From a virus: a DNA stretch of 64,000 nt. The notes below the pieces were generated by a model. It saw only the letters and a program-made list of their open reading frames with translations. It made no database searches and was not told where the DNA came from. A program made the position numbers and the translations under genes. Of the stretch, positions 10,250 to 19,567 are shown piece by piece. The stretch is from IMG/VR virus record IMGVR_UViG_3300043410_001242; one strand, written 5' to 3'. Position 1 is the first letter of the stretch. Every line of letters starts with the position of its first letter.

Positions 10250-10597
10250 ATGCTAAAAGTTTTTGAAGATTCTGGTATTAAAGGTTCCAAATTCGATTGT
10301 TTAACGTTTATGCCATCGGAAGATGATAATGTTAGAATCGAAGCTGGTCAGTTACAAACGCAGGGTGAAAAAGTGGGTGGTAGTTCTCTGGGTGACTCTT
10401 ATCAGATAGTGTTATTCAAAGAAGATGATGAAGGACAACCGACACACATAGATCAGTTCAATGCCATTCTTGGATGTCCCTTGGAATACGCCTCCTTTCT
10501 CATTCCAGCTGGATGGTATGGTCTAATACTCAAACATACAACAACATCACCAGAGATTGTGGAAGAGTTGCTTGGTAGGATCAAATCGTATGCTTGA
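10250..10597 (+). CDS. hypothetical protein
   Basis: 115-aa ORF abutting previous gene. Confidence 0.55.
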   Translation: MLKVFEDSGIKGSKFDCLTFMPSEDDNVRIEAGQLQTQGEKVGGSSLGDSYQIVLFKEDDEGQPTHIDQFNAILGCPLEYASFLIPAGWYGLILKHTTTSPEIVEELLGRIKSYA

Positions 10598-10622
10598 CAA
10601 GTTGTTGAAAATGTGATATCAT
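10594..10622 (+). promoter_or_regulatory. sigma70-type promoter
   Basis: TTGACA-17-TATCAT with TG extension. Confidence 0.7.
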
Positions 10623-10652
10623 GTTAAAACAATAAACTATGGATGTTAAATC

Positions 10653-11513
10653 ATGATACTCGTTGATCTCAATCAAGTTCTACTGTCTGGCTTGATGGCA
10701 CAAATCTCAGGACAGAAAAAAGTCAACTATAATGAGGATCTTATTAGACATATGATCCTGAACATTCTCAGAAATCACATTAAGACGTTTAAATCTGATT
10801 ACGGCGAAGTTATTCTATGTTGTGATAACAGAAAGTATTGGAGGAAAGAATATTTTCCTTTCTACAAGGCTCACAGAAAAAAGAATCGTGAAAAATCAGA
10901 CCTTGACTGGCATCTTATCTTTGATATGCTGGCCAAGTTTAAAGACGAACTAAAAGAAAACTTTCCGTATAAGGTAATTGATGTTGAAGGCGCAGAGGCT
11001 GATGATATTATTGGTACTCTTGTTCCTAGACACATCATGCATGAAAATATTGTAATTATTTCTAGTGACGGTGACTTCCTACAGTTGCAGAGATACAACA
11101 ATCAAAATTATACTGTCAAACAATATAATCCTGCACAAAAGAAGTATATCACATCAGAAAATCCGGTTTCTGAACTTAAACAGAAAATCATTCAAGGAGA
11201 TAAGGGTGACGGTATTCCTAACATACTCTCTCCTAGCGACTGTTTTGTTCGTGAAGTCAGACAAAAACCTATCACTAAGGGTAATTTGACAAAATTGTTG
11301 TCTGAAGACTTCTCTAATTGCAGTAATGACTATATCAAAGCTGGTTTTCTTCGTAATCAAACTTTGATTGACCTCTCGTTTATTCCTACAGAAATAAAGC
11401 AGAGAATCATAAATAGTTACGACGAGTTTAAGCCAGCACCTAAACAGAAACTTTTTAATTATTTTGTCGAAAAGAAATTGATGAATCTAATTGATAGTAT
11501 TGGTGATTATTAA
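10653..11513 (+). CDS. rnh: T4-like RNase H (5'-3' exonuclease)
   Basis: MILVD, YKAHR, EADDIIG, SSDGDFLQL, GDKGDGIPN. Confidence 0.93.
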   Translation: MILVDLNQVLLSGLMAQISGQKKVNYNEDLIRHMILNILRNHIKTFKSDYGEVILCCDNRKYWRKEYFPFYKAHRKKNREKSDLDWHLIFDMLAKFKDELKENFPYKVIDVEGAEADDIIGTLVPRHIMHENIVIISSDGDFLQLQRYNNQNYTVKQYNPAQKKYITSENPVSELKQKIIQGDKGDGIPNILSPSDCFVREVRQKPITKGNLTKLLSEDFSNCSNDYIKAGFLRNQTLIDLSFIPTEIKQRIINSYDEFKPAPKQKLFNYFVEKKLMNLIDSIGDY

Positions 11514-11935
11514 TGAAAAATATCTATGAGGTGTTTGATGAATTCGAACAAGCAAACACAAAGAAACAAAAAATTCAAACGATAGAGAAAAACCTATCAA
11601 AAGCACTCTACGAGGTGCTTCTATTCACTTTCCATCCAGACTATGAATGGAAAGTCAGTGAATTCCCAGAAGAATATCGAATACCTGATACAAAACCAGG
11701 AATCTCTTATTGTCAAATCGGTACAGAACTAAGAAGAATGTATCTTTTTAGAAAAAATGACATCACAGCTGAAACTTTGAGTGATCGCAAGAGAAAAGAA
11801 CTCTTAATCCAGTTTCTAGAGTCTCTGGAACCAAGAGAGGCAGAAGTTGTTATGGGTATTTTTAAAAAAGATCAAGGAGTTAATGGACTAACTTATGAAT
11901 TTGTCAAGGAATGTTTCCCTGACATGTTACCTTAA
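11513..11935 (+). CDS. conserved T4-like hypothetical protein
   Basis: FLESLEPREAE motif; coupled to rnh. Confidence 0.6.
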   Translation: MKNIYEVFDEFEQANTKKQKIQTIEKNLSKALYEVLLFTFHPDYEWKVSEFPEEYRIPDTKPGISYCQIGTELRRMYLFRKNDITAETLSDRKRKELLIQFLESLEPREAEVVMGIFKKDQGVNGLTYEFVKECFPDMLP

Positions 11936-11982
11936 CTGCCGGGTATAAAAACAACGGCACACAATAACGTAGGAGCAACAAA

Positions 11983-12183
11983 GTGTCAAAAAATCTAGCA
12001 AAATTTCATTCAAATCATCTCTATGATGAAGACTATGAAGGTTTTGGTGGTCATTTTATGAAAAGCAAGAAGAAAGTTGATAATAGTGTTGAAGTTAAAC
12101 GCAGTAAAAATGCAACAACCACTCGTTTTAAAGCAAAAAACTACAAAGAATACGGCCGCGATGAGGATTTTTACTACGAATAG
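11983..12183 (+). CDS. hypothetical protein
   Basis: AGGAG RBS before GTG. Confidence 0.5.
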   Translation: MSKNLAKFHSNHLYDEDYEGFGGHFMKSKKKVDNSVEVKRSKNATTTRFKAKNYKEYGRDEDFYYE

Positions 12184-12192
12184 CTAAAATTG

Positions 12193-12221
12193 TTGACAAA
12201 GTTTTTGGAACGTGTTACAAT
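12193..12221 (+). promoter_or_regulatory. sigma70-type promoter
   Basis: TTGACA-17-TACAAT with TG extension. Confidence 0.75.
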
Positions 12222-12252
12222 GTATGCTTAATTGAACACCGGAAACTTAATT

Positions 12253-12600
12253 ATGATGATTTATGCTCGTGTACCACGTTCCAAACCGAAACGCAAACCA
12301 AAAAATGTCGAAATCACCAAAAAAGTTGTAGCTCAAGCGCCTCTTAAGCGTCTTACTAACTACAATCTGTCTATTCCTGGCGACAGAATCAGTCCGGACT
12401 ACAAGTCTGTTGATACCGGCGTCACCGGAGCACTCACAAAATCTGGAATTATGCGTGATTATCACAAACTTTCAGATGAAGATCGTAAAATTGTAGAGAA
12501 AGTAGGTCAATGCCTAGCTCCCCTTCATAAAGGCAACTACATTTATGTCTCTGAAGGCATGAATCCTGCTTCTCTTGGACGTAAAAATGAGGTACTCTAA
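12253..12600 (+). CDS. basic hypothetical phage protein
   Basis: APLHKGNY C-terminal motif; downstream of promoter. Confidence 0.6.
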   Translation: MMIYARVPRSKPKRKPKNVEITKKVVAQAPLKRLTNYNLSIPGDRISPDYKSVDTGVTGALTKSGIMRDYHKLSDEDRKIVEKVGQCLAPLHKGNYIYVSEGMNPASLGRKNEVL

Positions 12601-12763
12601 TGTTTCCAGAGCATGATCCAGAAGAATTTATGAGAAATATGTACGAAGATTGTGTAACTTTCGATGATTTGACTGAAGATGAACTAAAAATTCAATTACA
12701 ATCATATAAAATGATGCAAAAACTAGCAGAACAAGGAAAAACTATCTGGAATTTCGATCAAGA

Positions 12764-12991
12764 ATGGTTGATGTAATGCAAAAATCAGAACCTAAAGAGT
12801 ATTATACCTTTACTGAAGTGGTAAAAGACCCGTTTAATGAGTTATCAGACGATCTTTGGATCACAATTCATGAAGATGTTATTGAAGAATTGGGTTGGGA
12901 TGATAAAACACTCTTAAAATCTACTGTAAAGTTGGGTAACAGAGGCAATGTATTGGTCATTGAACGGATCGATGATCTTGACAACACCTAG
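12764..12991 (+). CDS. small protein, possible AbrB/MazE-like fold
   Basis: ITIHEDVIEELGWDD pattern. Confidence 0.4.
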   Translation: MVDVMQKSEPKEYYTFTEVVKDPFNELSDDLWITIHEDVIEELGWDDKTLLKSTVKLGNRGNVLVIERIDDLDNT

Positions 12992-13006
12992 AATTTGTGG
13001 TATAAT
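12978..13006 (+). promoter_or_regulatory. sigma70-type promoter
   Basis: TTGACA-17-TATAAT with TG extension. Confidence 0.8.
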
Positions 13007-13036
13007 ATATCCACAAATCTATTAGAGAACTATATT

Positions 13037-15190
13037 ATGATACTTGAATCCAAATCACTTCTTGCTAAATTGATGGCTACCGAGAACCTTGTGATCGAAC
13101 AACGCAAGGTTTCCACGGCTATGTTTGACACCGAGAATCGTGTCCTTATTGTTCCTGTTCTGGACAACAACATTCCGTCACACACTTATGATCTTTTTAT
13201 GGGTCATGAGGTCGGTCATGCTCTTTGGACGCCACCAAATGGTTCGGAAATCAGAAAACAATACAATGTTCCCCATTCTCTGGCGAATGTTATTGAAGAT
13301 TCTCGTATTGAACGCAAGATCAAACACAAATATCCTGGTCTCAAGAACTCTTTTGTCAAAGGATATCAAGATTTGCTTGATCGGAACTTCTTTGGCACCA
13401 AAGGACAGTCTATCAATCAGATGAAATTTCTTGACCGGCTGAATATTCACTGTAAAGGTGGCGCCGTATTGAACATTCACTTCACTGATGAAGAACGTGA
13501 AATGGTAAAATTGGTAGAATCTACTGAAACCTACGAAGATGTGATGGTAGTTTGCCAAAAAGTCATCAATTTTATCAAAGAATCCACTAAAAACATCAAA
13601 CTTCCTGAAATTAATAAAGAAGATTTTGATGTTTTTATTGATGATGAAGAGGAAGAACAAGACGATTCTCAAGAAGAAGAATCATATGACGAAGAACCTG
13701 TTGAAACAGAACCAAAAACTGTTGATGAAAGTGAAAACACAGAATCGGAAGATGAAAAATTTGGTGCTGACGTAACAAAAACTGTTGTTTCCGAAGATCC
13801 ATATGAAGACATTCGTGATCTTTTGGAATCTGACACTGAGGCTTCTTATAAACAGAACGAACAAAAACTGTTTTCAGAAGATCGCAGAGAAATTGTATAT
13901 GTGAATATTCCTAGACTGAACACAAAAGACTTTGTTGTTGACTATAAGGATGTATATTCACAATACGAACATGAAAGACTTACGACCGGTTATTTTCCAT
14001 CCACCGAATCCTATTGGTATGATCGTGAAGGTTTCATGAAGATTCGTGATGAAATCAAGACTGGTGTTTCTTACCTTGTAAAAGAGTTTGAAATGCGTAA
14101 GTCTGCTGACCAGTTGAAAAAGGCCACACCTGCAAAGACTGGTGATTTGGACATGAAGAAAATCTACTCACACGCCTTCAATGAAGATATCTTCAAGCGA
14201 ATCACTGTTATGCCTGGTGCCAAGTCTCATGGTCTGGTGATCTTCCTGGACTGGTCTGGTTCAATGACACAACATATCAGAAATACTGTTAAACAATTGT
14301 TTAATATTGTTATGTTCTGTAAGAAAGTTAATATTCCATATGAAGTATATACTTTCACCAATACTTCATTGGACAAATACAATTGGTCACAAAAACAAGT
14401 TCCTAATGATTTGATGTGTTCCAACTTCAAACTGATGAATATTCTGTCTCACAGAATGTCTGCAGCTGAATTCACCAAAGCTGCATCAGCAATGGTCAGT
14501 ATGAGTAAGGCTAATGGTGGTTCATATGATGAGATGCACGCTCTTCCCAGTATGTTCAGTATGGGTGGTACTCCACTGAACAGCACTATTATTGGTGCAA
14601 TGGAACTTATTCCTGAGTTTCAAAGGAAGAACAAATTGCAGATTGTCAATACTATCTTTCTTACTGATGGAGATTCTGATACAGGTCTTTACTTCTGCAA
14701 GAAAGAAGGTAATGGAATGTATGCAAGAGCAGTTGGTAGATATAACTATACAACCAACCAATCAACCAATCTGATTATGCGTGATCCTGTAACCAAGTAC
14801 AACCTATCTTTTAACTTGGATGATAATAGATCAGTAACATCATCATTTATTAGTATGTTGAAGCAAAGGGTCAATTGTAATGTTGTGGGTTTCTATATAC
14901 TATCACCGAAAGATTTTCGTAGGTTTGTAGATACCAGACTTCTGTACAAAGGATCTGATACTCAAAACATTCGTGCAGAGTTTAGTAAGAACCAGTGTGC
15001 TGTATTGAAAACTGAAGGTTATGATGAATACTACTTGCTTCGTAGTGACAAGAAAGATTCAGAAGAACCTGAGTTGGAAGTAAAAGAAAATGCAACAACC
15101 AAAGTACTGGCCAATGCATTTATCAAATACAACAACAAACGCAGTAATAACCGCGTGGTTCTAAATCGTTTTATCAACCTGATCGCATAA
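13037..15190 (+). CDS. CobT-like metallopeptidase/VWA domain protein
   Basis: HEVGH, NVIEDSRIE, acidic linker, MIDAS DWSGS, GGTPL, FLTDG. Confidence 0.85.
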   Translation: MILESKSLLAKLMATENLVIEQRKVSTAMFDTENRVLIVPVLDNNIPSHTYDLFMGHEVGHALWTPPNGSEIRKQYNVPHSLANVIEDSRIERKIKHKYPGLKNSFVKGYQDLLDRNFFGTKGQSINQMKFLDRLNIHCKGGAVLNIHFTDEEREMVKLVESTETYEDVMVVCQKVINFIKESTKNIKLPEINKEDFDVFIDDEEEEQDDSQEEESYDEEPVETEPKTVDESENTESEDEKFGADVTKTVVSEDPYEDIRDLLESDTEASYKQNEQKLFSEDRREIVYVNIPRLNTKDFVVDYKDVYSQYEHERLTTGYFPSTESYWYDREGFMKIRDEIKTGVSYLVKEFEMRKSADQLKKATPAKTGDLDMKKIYSHAFNEDIFKRITVMPGAKSHGLVIFLDWSGSMTQHIRNTVKQLFNIVMFCKKVNIPYEVYTFTNTSLDKYNWSQKQVPNDLMCSNFKLMNILSHRMSAAEFTKAASAMVSMSKANGGSYDEMHALPSMFSMGGTPLNSTIIGAMELIPEFQRKNKLQIVNTIFLTDGDSDTGLYFCKKEGNGMYARAVGRYNYTTNQSTNLIMRDPVTKYNLSFNLDDNRSVTSSFISMLKQRVNCNVVGFYILSPKDFRRFVDTRLLYKGSDTQNIRAEFSKNQCAVLKTEGYDEYYLLRSDKKDSEEPELEVKENATTKVLANAFIKYNNKRSNNRVVLNRFINLIA

Positions 15191-15197
15191 GGAGATT

Positions 15198-15407
15198 ATG
15201 TCGAAATATAAAATAAAACTATCTGACTCTAATGGTCTGTGTGCCAATGTGGGATATGTCCGAGAGGAATCATCCCACAGGGTTCGTTACTATGCACACG
15301 GTGAACTGGTTGGTGAAGAGTATTTCAATACAGAAGGTGAAGCAACATCTTCTGCAATCAATTTCATTAACGGAGAACAATATGGAAGTAATTTCAACTT
15401 TTTCTAA
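15198..15407 (+). CDS. hypothetical protein
   Basis: AGGAG RBS; loosely similar to next ORF. Confidence 0.55.
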   Translation: MSKYKIKLSDSNGLCANVGYVREESSHRVRYYAHGELVGEEYFNTEGEATSSAINFINGEQYGSNFNFF

Positions 15408-15582
15408 TGGTAACTATGAAGCTCAGGTTGCCAAGACATTTGATAACCTGTATACTGTAAGTTACATGATTGATGGTAAAGTTATTCGTAAAACCAATCA
15501 TGTGAAGTTGGAACTGGCAGAATCTGTTGCTGGTGATTTCATTCTGGATGGTGGAAACGATCAGCAGTTTTTATCGGACTAA
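15382..15582 (+). CDS. hypothetical protein
   Basis: GGAG RBS before ATG 15382. Confidence 0.55.
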   Translation: MEVISTFSNGNYEAQVAKTFDNLYTVSYMIDGKVIRKTNHVKLELAESVAGDFILDGGNDQQFLSD

Positions 15583-15836
15583 TGGACAACAACATTTTTG
15601 AAATATCACCACAAGCATTGAATCTGTTCTCATTCATGCTTGGAATGACCTTTGCATCATTCCTTTCATGGTACCGTAGGACAGCATTCATGTATGTGGT
15701 TGCCTACTTTATGTTTCTTGCATTCTATTATGGTGCTATCAAACCCAATCTTGATGCCGCACCAGAAAAAACACCACTGACTCCAAAATCAGAATACTCA
15801 AGACCACTACCATTACCTACACCTAAGAACAAATGA
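15582..15836 (+). CDS. small membrane protein
   Basis: Two hydrophobic segments, Pro-rich tail. Confidence 0.55.
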   Translation: MDNNIFEISPQALNLFSFMLGMTFASFLSWYRRTAFMYVVAYFMFLAFYYGAIKPNLDAAPEKTPLTPKSEYSRPLPLPTPKNK

Positions 15837-16411
15837 TTAAGACACAAGAATATGTAAATAAGACCGGTAAACGTGCAGAAGCGTTTGCTTTGATGTTGAA
15901 CTATATCAAAGACAATAGACCTAACCCACTTATCATCGAAACTGGTTGCGCCAGGAAAGAAGATAACTTTGATGGTGACGGTATGTCAACACTGATCTTC
16001 GATTCTTTTATCACTGAACTAGGCCAAGGAGAATTCCATTCTGTAGACATTTCACAAGAAAACGTGGACTTTGCCAGTACCAAGATTCTAAACCCGAACT
16101 CCAAGGTACATTGCTCAGACTCAGTAAAGTTCCTCTATGGAGTAACACAAGACTGCCTCCAAACCAACAGACATATTGACCTACTTTACCTAGATTCATT
16201 TGACTTTGATCCTAATGATCCTCATCCATCCTCTCTACACCACATATATGAATTGACTGCGGCAATACCCGCCCTAAAACCTGGATCACTCATAGCAGTA
16301 GACGATAACTTTGGAGAAACCGGAAAAGGTGCCTACGTCAAACATTTTATGGACCTTCTAGGTAAACCGAGAGTCTATGAAGGTTACCAGTGGATCTGGG
16401 TGGTAGGATGA
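15833..16411 (+). CDS. class I SAM-dependent methyltransferase
   Basis: IIETG motif I, SVDIS, DLLYLDS, IAVDDN. Confidence 0.75.
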   Translation: MIKTQEYVNKTGKRAEAFALMLNYIKDNRPNPLIIETGCARKEDNFDGDGMSTLIFDSFITELGQGEFHSVDISQENVDFASTKILNPNSKVHCSDSVKFLYGVTQDCLQTNRHIDLLYLDSFDFDPNDPHPSSLHHIYELTAAIPALKPGSLIAVDDNFGETGKGAYVKHFMDLLGKPRVYEGYQWIWVVG

Positions 16412-16812
16412 ACAAAGAATGGGAATATGCAGGGTTGTTGATCGACTCGTTTAATATCGATGTCAAACGTGTGGTTGCCGATGCACGATTTGGTGATTCT
16501 TATCCAGGTCAATGGGTAGCACATATGGAGAAAGAACGTATAGGTAAACCAACATTCACCATATCTGCATGGGGTGACACAGCCTGTGATGCCGTTATTA
16601 ACGTATACAACAAATCACACCATGCAACACCAGTGAACCAGTATAAGGGTCAGAAAGTCTATATTGAACCAGAGAAACACTACTGGGTCATTCGACACTA
16701 TCTGCCTACTACCAAACAACATAGAAAAGTGTTCAATTCTTACAGATCAGAAAGTGCTGCTTTGTCTGCGGCAAAACAACATGAATTGGAAGTTGTACAA
16801 TGGATGCAGTGA
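16408..16812 (+). CDS. hypothetical protein
   Basis: ATGA coupling. Confidence 0.5.
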   Translation: MNKEWEYAGLLIDSFNIDVKRVVADARFGDSYPGQWVAHMEKERIGKPTFTISAWGDTACDAVINVYNKSHHATPVNQYKGQKVYIEPEKHYWVIRHYLPTTKQHRKVFNSYRSESAALSAAKQHELEVVQWMQ

Positions 16813-16978
16813 GTAAAGTTTACCTGGTAACCATATTAATCAAAGCCAACCAACGATTTAAGATTGAGAAAGTCTTTAATAACATCGAATCCACTCAGAA
16901 GTGTTGTAAGAGTTATAACCGACTATTAAAAGAAGATGATCCGTATATCTGTGAGATATTAGAATATGTGGTGTATAA

Positions 16979-17215
16979 GTGAACGAAAAAATTAGACAAT
17001 TAATGATGGAGGCAGGTGAATATGCCAATTCAGTGTGGGTTGATCCTATCACAAACAAAGAAGATCATATATCTTGGCATGATCTGTACAATGAGAAGTT
17101 TGCTGAACTAATCATTAAAGATTGTGCTAAAAATTGCTTGGGTATCGTAAGTAGTGGTGGTGACTTAGACTTCGCTATTTGGAAGATTAAGAAAGAATAT
17201 GGTATTGAAGAATGA
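16979..17215 (+). CDS. hypothetical protein (NEKI...FAELI..C family, repeated in window)
   Basis: Paralogs near 39762, 40512, 41121, 41813. Confidence 0.6.
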   Translation: MNEKIRQLMMEAGEYANSVWVDPITNKEDHISWHDLYNEKFAELIIKDCAKNCLGIVSSGGDLDFAIWKIKKEYGIEE

Positions 17216-17595
17216 ATGATTGTCCTATCTGTGGTGATGAAGGTACTGTCACCGAACATACAAGACAAAATAACTCTGAATATAAGAATGAATACTTTAA
17301 AGGTCTTCTGATTGATTCCTCTGAATGCTCTGCATGTGGTTCTGAGTTTGCGACACCGGAGCAGATTAACAGAAATGCTCAGAGGGCCAGAGAGAGACTG
17401 AGAGAGGATGGTATTATAGGGAACGCAAAACCGATCCATGCTTGGATTGATGAGTGGGTCTTAGAGTCGCTTAGAGAGAGGGATAGAGAGATTACTCTGA
17501 GAGAAAAGTTATATGGCAAACCTACCAGGAAGGGTTCTGCCCGGAAATTCCGGTCCAGGAAAATTTTTTGGAATAAGAAAAATCGAAAATTCTGA
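17212..17595 (+). CDS. MqsA/YgiT-type zinc-finger domain protein lacking the HTH
   Basis: CPICG...EYK...CSACGSEFATPEQINRN matches the MqsA N-terminal layout. Confidence 0.6.
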   Translation: MNDCPICGDEGTVTEHTRQNNSEYKNEYFKGLLIDSSECSACGSEFATPEQINRNAQRARERLREDGIIGNAKPIHAWIDEWVLESLRERDREITLREKLYGKPTRKGSARKFRSRKIFWNKKNRKF

Positions 17596-17685
17596 GGTGG
17601 CTCCAGAAAATAAAAAATTGGAAAAAAGAGTTTGACCAGGTGGAGCTTTTTATTGCTACGCTCGCCTTCGGCTCGCCCATCATCC

Positions 17686-17714
17686 ATTATATCATAGTCA
17701 TTCCGCAAAGTCAA
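17686..17714 (-). promoter_or_regulatory. leftward sigma70-type promoter
   Basis: Reverse complement TTGACT-17-TATAAT with TG extension. Confidence 0.7.
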
Positions 17715-17805
17715 GCATTTTATTTTCGCCCTGGCTGTTGCCATTCACTGCGGAATATGATAGCCTCCTCCTCCACAAGCACCGAAGTCCACACAAAATT
17801 TAAAT

Positions 17806-17884
17806 TGTTTCGCCCTGGTTGACACACTATAGCGCAAAATAGACACAATGGGGGCTTGACTTTTCTCTCTGAGTGTGAGACAAT
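17806..17884 (+). promoter_or_regulatory. cassette promoter copy 1 (degenerate)
   Basis: TGTTTC box, GCTTGACT-17-GACAAT. Confidence 0.6.
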
Positions 17885-18503
17885 AACTCATAATTTAAAT
17901 CAACAGAGAGTATTTAAAAATGAATAATAATCAAATGTATAACTTAACTCACTCAGAATTAGTATCTGAATTGTATCATGTAATGCAAGATGCAGTATTA
18001 AATAAGTATTCAGAAAATGAATACGAAACACGTTTAAGACTATTGTGGGATTATCTCGAAGAATCTGATACTGATACTCTTGAAACTCTCTATACTGTAT
18101 ATTATTAATTGAGAGTATTATATTATGAAATTAGAAAATTATACTGCATTAGTTACTCATGATTATCAAGTATGGGTATATGATGAAAATATGTCGATGG
18201 TCGGTTATCTGAATGAATACTTCAATTCCAAAAAGTCTGCATTATCATATGCAAAACAGTTTGGAAAAGTAGAGTTCGAATAAGTATTAAGAGAGTATTA
18301 TATTATGAAAAGATTATTGAAAGAGTATTTGGTGACTGTATACAGCAAAGATAATGTTCGTCTTGGTGCATATACACTATATGGTAAAACATATCAGGAA
18401 GTATCTGATAAGGTTGAAACTAGATTAAATGGTGATGAAGGTAGTGTTTTCCTTGATTATAAGGGACAATCATTATTAGAAGATTGGTCGGATGAATATT
18501 GAT

Positions 18504-18581
18504 TGCTTCCTAACAGTAAATAGACTGTTTCGTAAATGTCACGATAAAACGCTTGACATTTCCAAAAAAGTCTGATAGAAT
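18504..18581 (+). promoter_or_regulatory. cassette promoter copy 2
   Basis: TGCTTC/TGTTTC 22 bp apart, gap 21, TTGACA-17-TAGAAT. Confidence 0.75.
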
Positions 18582-18618
18582 CTTACTTTAAATTGAAAAT
18601 TGATTAGGAAATTATATT

Positions 18619-18831
18619 ATGAAAACTGTAAATGAAACCCGCGAAAGAATGCACCTTGAATTAGCTCTGGCTGTTGCTGAGTTTGAAATGACTCACAAAG
18701 TAACCTATTGCACACCACAAAAGAATAAAGTATCTCGCTCTGTACGTGCTAAAGAGAAACTGGTATTTAAATCTAAACAACCAGTTAATCGTCCTTGCGT
18801 GATGTTCGATAATGTTCCACTGGTAGTATAA
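18619..18831 (+). CDS. hypothetical protein
   Basis: First ORF after promoter, AGGA RBS. Confidence 0.6.
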   Translation: MKTVNETRERMHLELALAVAEFEMTHKVTYCTPQKNKVSRSVRAKEKLVFKSKQPVNRPCVMFDNVPLVV

Positions 18832-18848
18832 TAGAGAGGTAGATTATT

Positions 18849-19070
18849 ATGGCTAAGTCAGATATTCGCGCTGAATTGAATACGGCAGTGGATGAATACC
18901 TCGCAAAAGGAGGTAAGATATTGGTATGCGAAACCAAGCAGGTAAAAGTATCCAGAAAGGTGAAGGTAAAACCCCACCTATTCATTAAACCATCTGAACC
19001 TCGTGGAGTGGTTTCTATGTTTTATCGTATTGATGAGAGACATAATGTAGGTGCTTGGAATAATTGGTAA
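18849..19070 (+). CDS. hypothetical protein
   Basis: GAGG RBS; EYLAKGGKI motif. Confidence 0.6.
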   Translation: MAKSDIRAELNTAVDEYLAKGGKILVCETKQVKVSRKVKVKPHLFIKPSEPRGVVSMFYRIDERHNVGAWNNW

Positions 19071-19097
19071 CTGTTTCGTTTTTGGTCTACACCGTTA

Positions 19098-19126
19098 ATT
19101 ATACACTAGGAGATACTATATGTCAA
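19098..19126 (-). promoter_or_regulatory. leftward sigma70-type promoter overlapping an RBS
   Basis: Reverse complement TTGACA-17-TATAAT. Confidence 0.6.
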
Positions 19127-19293
19127 GCGTTTTAAATCAAATGGATTGGTTCGAAGAACTCGAATATGCACCTGAGAATACCATTGTAGAGGTATTAGAA
19201 GAGGATGAAGATAATGGTAATGATATTCGCACATATCGCAATTTTGATATTGATTTTGATGAAAGTCAATTTAGCGTTTGGGCAGATTTGTGA
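19120..19293 (+). CDS. acidic 57-aa hypothetical protein (not in ORF track)
   Basis: AGGAGA RBS; MSSVLNQMDWFEELE... Confidence 0.55.
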   Translation: MSSVLNQMDWFEELEYAPENTIVEVLEEDEDNGNDIRTYRNFDIDFDESQFSVWADL

Positions 19294-19302
19294 TAATAAC
19301 TA

Positions 19303-19331
19303 TTGACTTTTCTGAGTATATGTGATATAAT
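19303..19331 (+). promoter_or_regulatory. sigma70-type promoter with no downstream ORF
   Basis: TTGACT-17-TATAAT with TG extension. Confidence 0.7.
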
Positions 19332-19384
19332 GGAGAAGTAATATAAAAAATTTCTCTTGCCATACTCTCACTTAGTCGGACATA

Positions 19385-19567
19385 CCACTACATATAGTAT
19401 CAATCAATCGCTGACAACACTATATCCGCGACATGGTTCCGACTAACGACAGTGACCTCTACATATTGTGTCGCAATATCATTATAAGCACAAGATATAG
19501 TATCACATATCCTTATCAATTTACTATATCTTGTGTCTTTTTTATTCTAATATACTACATATAGTGT
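19385..19567. promoter_or_regulatory. array of six NrdR-box-like 16-mers
   Basis: CCACTACATATAGTAT 19385, ACACTATATCCGCGAC 19417, CCTCTACATATTGTGT 19456, GCACAAGATATAGTAT 19488, TTACTATATCTTGTGT 19521, ATACTACATATAGTGT 19552. Confidence 0.75.
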
